From the NCBI GenBank assembly GCA_043821645.1, contig JBDRCO010000109.1:1-11185 (forward strand): a stretch of 11,185 bases of DNA. The letters run 5' to 3'. Shown here in pieces: positions 8,215 through 11,185 of the stretch. Every line of letters starts with the position of its first letter. Position 1 is the stretch's first letter. Made by a program: the position numbers and the translations under genes. The notes beneath the pieces are model-generated. The model was given only the letters and a program-made list of their open reading frames with translations. It had not been told where the DNA came from and searched no databases. The stretch is from Pseudomonadota bacterium (GTDB lineage Bacteria > Myxococcota > JACRCW01 > JAFGSX01).

Positions 8215-9645
8215 ATGAATCGAAGTGCCCTTGTGCTCGCAGCCCTGCTCGCGGCCAGCGTCCCGGTCTCGCACCTCGCCCAGGCGCAGGTCACCCACAC
8301 CTACGTGTTTCGCGACTCCATGCTCCCCAGCGAGGGGGCGGGGCCGGCGCTGCAACCCGTTTACAACGGCACCGGCACCATCCTGACCGAGGGCGTTGGC
8401 TTCGTCGATGGCGCTTACGTGACCGAGAACATCAGCGCCACCGCCTGCGCCTCGTCGCCGACGGTGCGTGCGTGGTCGTTTCCGACCACGGGTGGGCTTC
8501 GCCATCCGAACACGACGCCGAGCGTGATCACGGGCTCGTACTCGATCTCGATGCTGCTGCGCTACAACCCGATGGACAGCGGCTATGCGCGGCTCGTCGA
8601 CTTCTCCAACTCGACCAGCGACAACGGCATCTACAAGCTGGGCGACGGCGTGAGCTTTTACCCGGTCGGCACCTACGCGGCGGGCTCGTTTGTGCAGGAC
8701 CAGGACGTCTTCGTGACCATCACCCGCGAGGAGTCGACACAGCTCGTTTCCCTCTTCATCAACGGCGTCGCTGCGGGCACGTACACCGACACCGGCGGAC
8801 TGTATGCGCCGGCGGCGAACACGATGTACTTCTTGCTCGACAACACGACCGGCTCGGCGGCGATCAGCGAGACCGACCCGGGCGTCATCGCCTACCTGCA
8901 GATCCGCGACACACCGATGACCCAAGAGGAGGTCACGGCCAGCCTCGCCGCCATCTGCGCGACGGTCGCCTGTGGCGATACGGTGGTCACCAGCGACGAG
9001 CAATGCGATGACGGGAACGTGGTTCCCGACGATGGATGCTCGTCGAGCTGCACCATAGAGCCCGGCTGGGACTGCAGCGGGGCGCCGAGCGTGTGCGTGG
9101 TTGTCGATGCCGGGACCCCGGACGCGGGCGCCTCGGACAGCGGCACCGAGGACGCCGGTTTGCAGGACGCCATTGTCATCGACACGGGCCTCGCCGATGT
9201 CGGCGGGGGCGACGCGGGTGTTCAGGATGCCGCTGCCGCAGACGCCGGGGCGGCAGACATCGGTGGGACAGACGCGGCTCTTCAGGATGCCGCTGCCGCG
9301 GACGCCAGCGCCAGGGATGCTGGCGGCACCGATGCGGCGGCCCGCGACACCGGCGCCGCCGACGCCGCAACCCAGGACACCCGTGCCGGGACGGACAGCG
9401 CCCGCACGGACATCGGACAGGGCGACAGCGGGGGACAGCTGGACGTCGCCGTCGCGCCGGCGGATGCCTCGGCGCAACAGGTGGACGCGGCGCCACAACC
9501 CGAGGAGGTCGATGCGGGATGCAGCTGCACCATCGTGGCCTCGGGATCGCGCCCGCTCGCTCCGGTCCTCGTGTTCTTCCTGGTGCTCGGCCTCGGGGCG
9601 ACCCGGCGCGCGCAGCGTCGGTTCGAGCGCAGGGCTTCGCGCTAA
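8215..9645 (+). CDS. Secreted surface protein: LamG/ConA-like beta-sandwich, Myxococcus Cys-rich repeat (DUF4215-like), Asp-pentad linker, MYXO-CTERM-like anchor; 476 aa
   Basis: AAAGGA RBS; signal peptide ending AQA-Q; LamG-like motifs YSISMLLRY, GYARLVDF and VFVTITREESTQLVSLFING; CGDTVVTSDEQCDDGNVVPDDGCSSSCTIEPGWDC; C-terminal AGCSC, a hydrophobic helix and an Arg-rich tail. Confidence 0.9.
   Translation: MNRSALVLAALLAASVPVSHLAQAQVTHTYVFRDSMLPSEGAGPALQPVYNGTGTILTEGVGFVDGAYVTENISATACASSPTVRAWSFPTTGGLRHPNTTPSVITGSYSISMLLRYNPMDSGYARLVDFSNSTSDNGIYKLGDGVSFYPVGTYAAGSFVQDQDVFVTITREESTQLVSLFINGVAAGTYTDTGGLYAPAANTMYFLLDNTTGSAAISETDPGVIAYLQIRDTPMTQEEVTASLAAICATVACGDTVVTSDEQCDDGNVVPDDGCSSSCTIEPGWDCSGAPSVCVVVDAGTPDAGASDSGTEDAGLQDAIVIDTGLADVGGGDAGVQDAAAADAGAADIGGTDAALQDAAAADASARDAGGTDAAARDTGAADAATQDTRAGTDSARTDIGQGDSGGQLDVAVAPADASAQQVDAAPQPEEVDAGCSCTIVASGSRPLAPVLVFFLVLGLGATRRAQRRFERRASR
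9211..9330 (+). repeat. 60-bp coding duplication in the linker
   Basis: GACGCGG..TTCAGGATGCCGCTGCCGC.GACGCC begins at both 9211 and 9271. Confidence 0.8.
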
Positions 9646-9665
9646 AGATCCCCCCAGCCCCCAGC

Positions 9666-10343
9666 AAGGTGCCAGGCGCCCATTCGGGGTGCTCTGGCTC
9701 CTCGATGTGATACACACGCCAGATCTGGCCGGCACGCCGATCGAGACGGTGCTCAACGCGGCCGATGATCTGCATCTCGGCGTCGAGCGACTCGGCACCG
9801 ATGGACCGGTCGCGATGGCGAACAAGAAGCGCCTGTTGCCCGTGCCCTACGCGGTGATGAGCTCGGCAGCGGCCGACCTCTCGGTGGGCCACGGTATGAC
9901 CGTGAGCAACGATATCTGTCCGTGCGTGCCTCAACTGGTGATCCGGAACCGCTCGGACTTCTGACCGTGGCGGCGCGGGCACCTTTCGGAAGGTGCTGGG
10001 GAAGGTGCAGCTGGCACGATGCCAGGCACCTGTTTCAGGGGGGGGAATCGATCATAGGACACAGGTTGCTGAGCAAGACCAGGACGCCGGTTGAGAACCC
10101 CAGGACCACCCAGCCGACTGCGATCTCCTTTAAGAACTCGTCCTCGCACGTTGCCCGAGTCGCCGGGCTCCATCCTGGTCCGCACTCCATGCCCCACGTA
10201 GGCGACCACATTGGCCCCGGCGTGAAGTGCCGTCGTGAAGTGCCAGGCACCTGCCTCATGGTGGCCCTGTGCCCTCGTGCCCGACGACTCGGGCGAGGAC
10301 GAAGACAGCCCCCGGCGTGAAGTGCCAGGCACTTGCCTTATGG
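9666..10343. repeat. Cluster of REP-like palindromes GTGCCAGGCAC and associated repeats
   Basis: Copies at 9666-9680, 10018-10036, 10238-10251 and 10320-10334 (AAGTGCC-A-GGCACTT, perfect arms). Half copies form the hairpin GCACCTT-TCGG-AAGGTGC at 9979-9996. A 28-nt direct repeat lies at 10234-10261 and 10316-10343 (2 mismatches). Confidence 0.85.
9707..9964 (+). pseudogene. Short coding-like ORF (about 85 aa) or gene fragment, product unknown
   Basis: GC3-biased frame (IHTPDLAGTPIETVLNAADDLHLGVERL...) with no clear RBS, bounded by REP-like motifs. The start is uncertain. Confidence 0.35.
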
Positions 10344-11065
10344 GTGTTGGCGACACTCAACGCGGCAGACGTGCTGGCCAGGGTCTCGCGGCCGACACCC
10401 AAGGAGCGCCTGGCGCGCACTCCCGTCGTCATTCGGGACGGGCTTGTGCAGTGCCGGGCCAAGCTGATGAACACGGTGCGCTCGGTGCTGGACGCCGAGG
10501 GCATCGAGGTCGCGTCGAGCACAGCCGACGGGTTCACCGGCAAGGCCTGTTCCATTCTCGACGAAACGCCCAAGGAACTGGCCGAGGCGGTGACGCCGAT
10601 ACTGGAAGCGATCGACGCGCTGAGTGAGCAGATCGCCACATGCGACGAGGCGATCGAGCTGAGCGTGAAGTCGGACCCGGTGACGCTCAGGCTGATGACG
10701 GCACCGGGCGTCGGCCCCATCGTGGCGTCGTACTTTGCGACGACGGTTCGAGATCCATCGCGCTTCAAGAGCGGCCGGCAGGTCGGTGCGTATCTCGGCC
10801 TGGTACCGTCGCTGTACGCCTCGGGGCAGACCTCTCGAAAAGGACGCATCACCAAGCACGGCAGCCGCAAGGCGCGCTGGGCGCTGACCGTGGCGGCGAA
10901 CGCGGTCTTGCGAACGCGGTCTCCGAGTCGGCTGCGGGACTGGTACTGGTCAAGCGCCTGGGCCGCAAGAAGGCCATCGTCGCCATCGCGCGCAAGCTGG
11001 CAAGTGTGCTGTGGTCGATGTGGAAGCGAGAGAAGTCGTTCGAGCCCATGTACGGCGTGGCGTGA
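10344..11065 (+). pseudogene. IS110-family transposase/recombinase remnant (coiled-coil plus C-terminal Transposase_20 domain); N-terminal DEDD domain missing; frameshift at about 10946
   Basis: Motifs RDGLVQCRAKLMNTVRSVL, LMTAPGVGPIVA, DPSRFKSGRQVGAYLGLVPSLYASG and GRITKHGSRKARWAL. After a frame change it continues RLGRKKAIVAIARKLASVLWSMWK to TGA at 11065. Confidence 0.9.
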
Positions 11066-11185
11066 CGACGGAGATTGCAGATCACCGCGGAGCCCAAGGT
11101 GAGCCGTCGGAGGTCATCAAGAGGGTGGAGTGCGGCAGGTGCCATGGCAGGACAACCGTGCCGATTGTGTGATGGCACCCACCCT
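11066..11185 (+). ncRNA. Candidate IS110/IS1111 bridge RNA (seekRNA) region, possibly partial
   Basis: Two consecutive interrupted stem-loops directly after the transposase stop. First: CGACGG/CCGTCG plus TCACC/GGTGA. Second: AGGGTG/CACCCT plus GGTGCCAT/ATGGCACC plus ACAACCG/CGATTGT. Confidence 0.4.

Larger units (their letters stand above)
10344..11185 (+). mobile_element. Partial IS110-family insertion sequence (left end lost; right end probably extends beyond the window)
   Basis: Transposase remnant followed by a structured non-coding 3' flank. Confidence 0.75.

Noticed and set aside
3504..9011. Long antisense ORFs 3504..5318, 5385..6221 and 6450..9011 (also 8020..9825 on -)
   Set aside because: Typical stop-free antisense or off-frame shadows of high-GC genes.
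9979..9996. Rho-independent terminator
   Set aside because: The hairpin is present but has no U-tract on either strand, and its arms are REP half-sites.
10215..10343. CRISPR array (28-nt repeats with a spacer)
   Set aside because: Only two full copies, irregular spacing, the same motif dispersed in other intergenic regions, and no cas genes.
10269..10343. N-terminal extension of the IS110 ORF (ARTKT resembling the KTD motif)
   Set aside because: The catalytic Asp residues are absent, the spacing to VLA is wrong, and the segment is made of repeat DNA.

Overview
High-GC bacterial window, most likely Myxococcota or a related deltaproteobacterium (inferred from MYXO-CTERM-like tails and a Myxococcus Cys-rich repeat). 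It begins inside a tandem repeat and ends in the flank of an IS, so it may be a whole contig. It is a cell-surface island: (1) a 5'-truncated surface protein with 93-bp tandem disintegrin-like repeats, TSP3 Ca-binding repeats, an Asp-pentad linker and a MYXO-CTERM anchor; (2) an orphan lipoprotein; (3) a small Cys-rich lipoprotein that the ORF track shows only as the tail of a shadow ORF; (4) a 1748-aa lipoprotein alpha-2-macroglobulin with an intact CTEQ thioester motif and no adjacent pbpC; (5) a divergent LamG-like/DUF4215/MYXO-CTERM protein. Most intergenic regions carry a palindromic REP-like motif (AAGGTGCCWGGCACYT). In 9660-10345 these motifs separate short coding-like fragments, and one abuts an IS110-family recombinase remnant that lacks its RuvC domain. 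The structured 3' flank of that IS is a candidate bridge RNA/seekRNA and contains a REP-like sequence.
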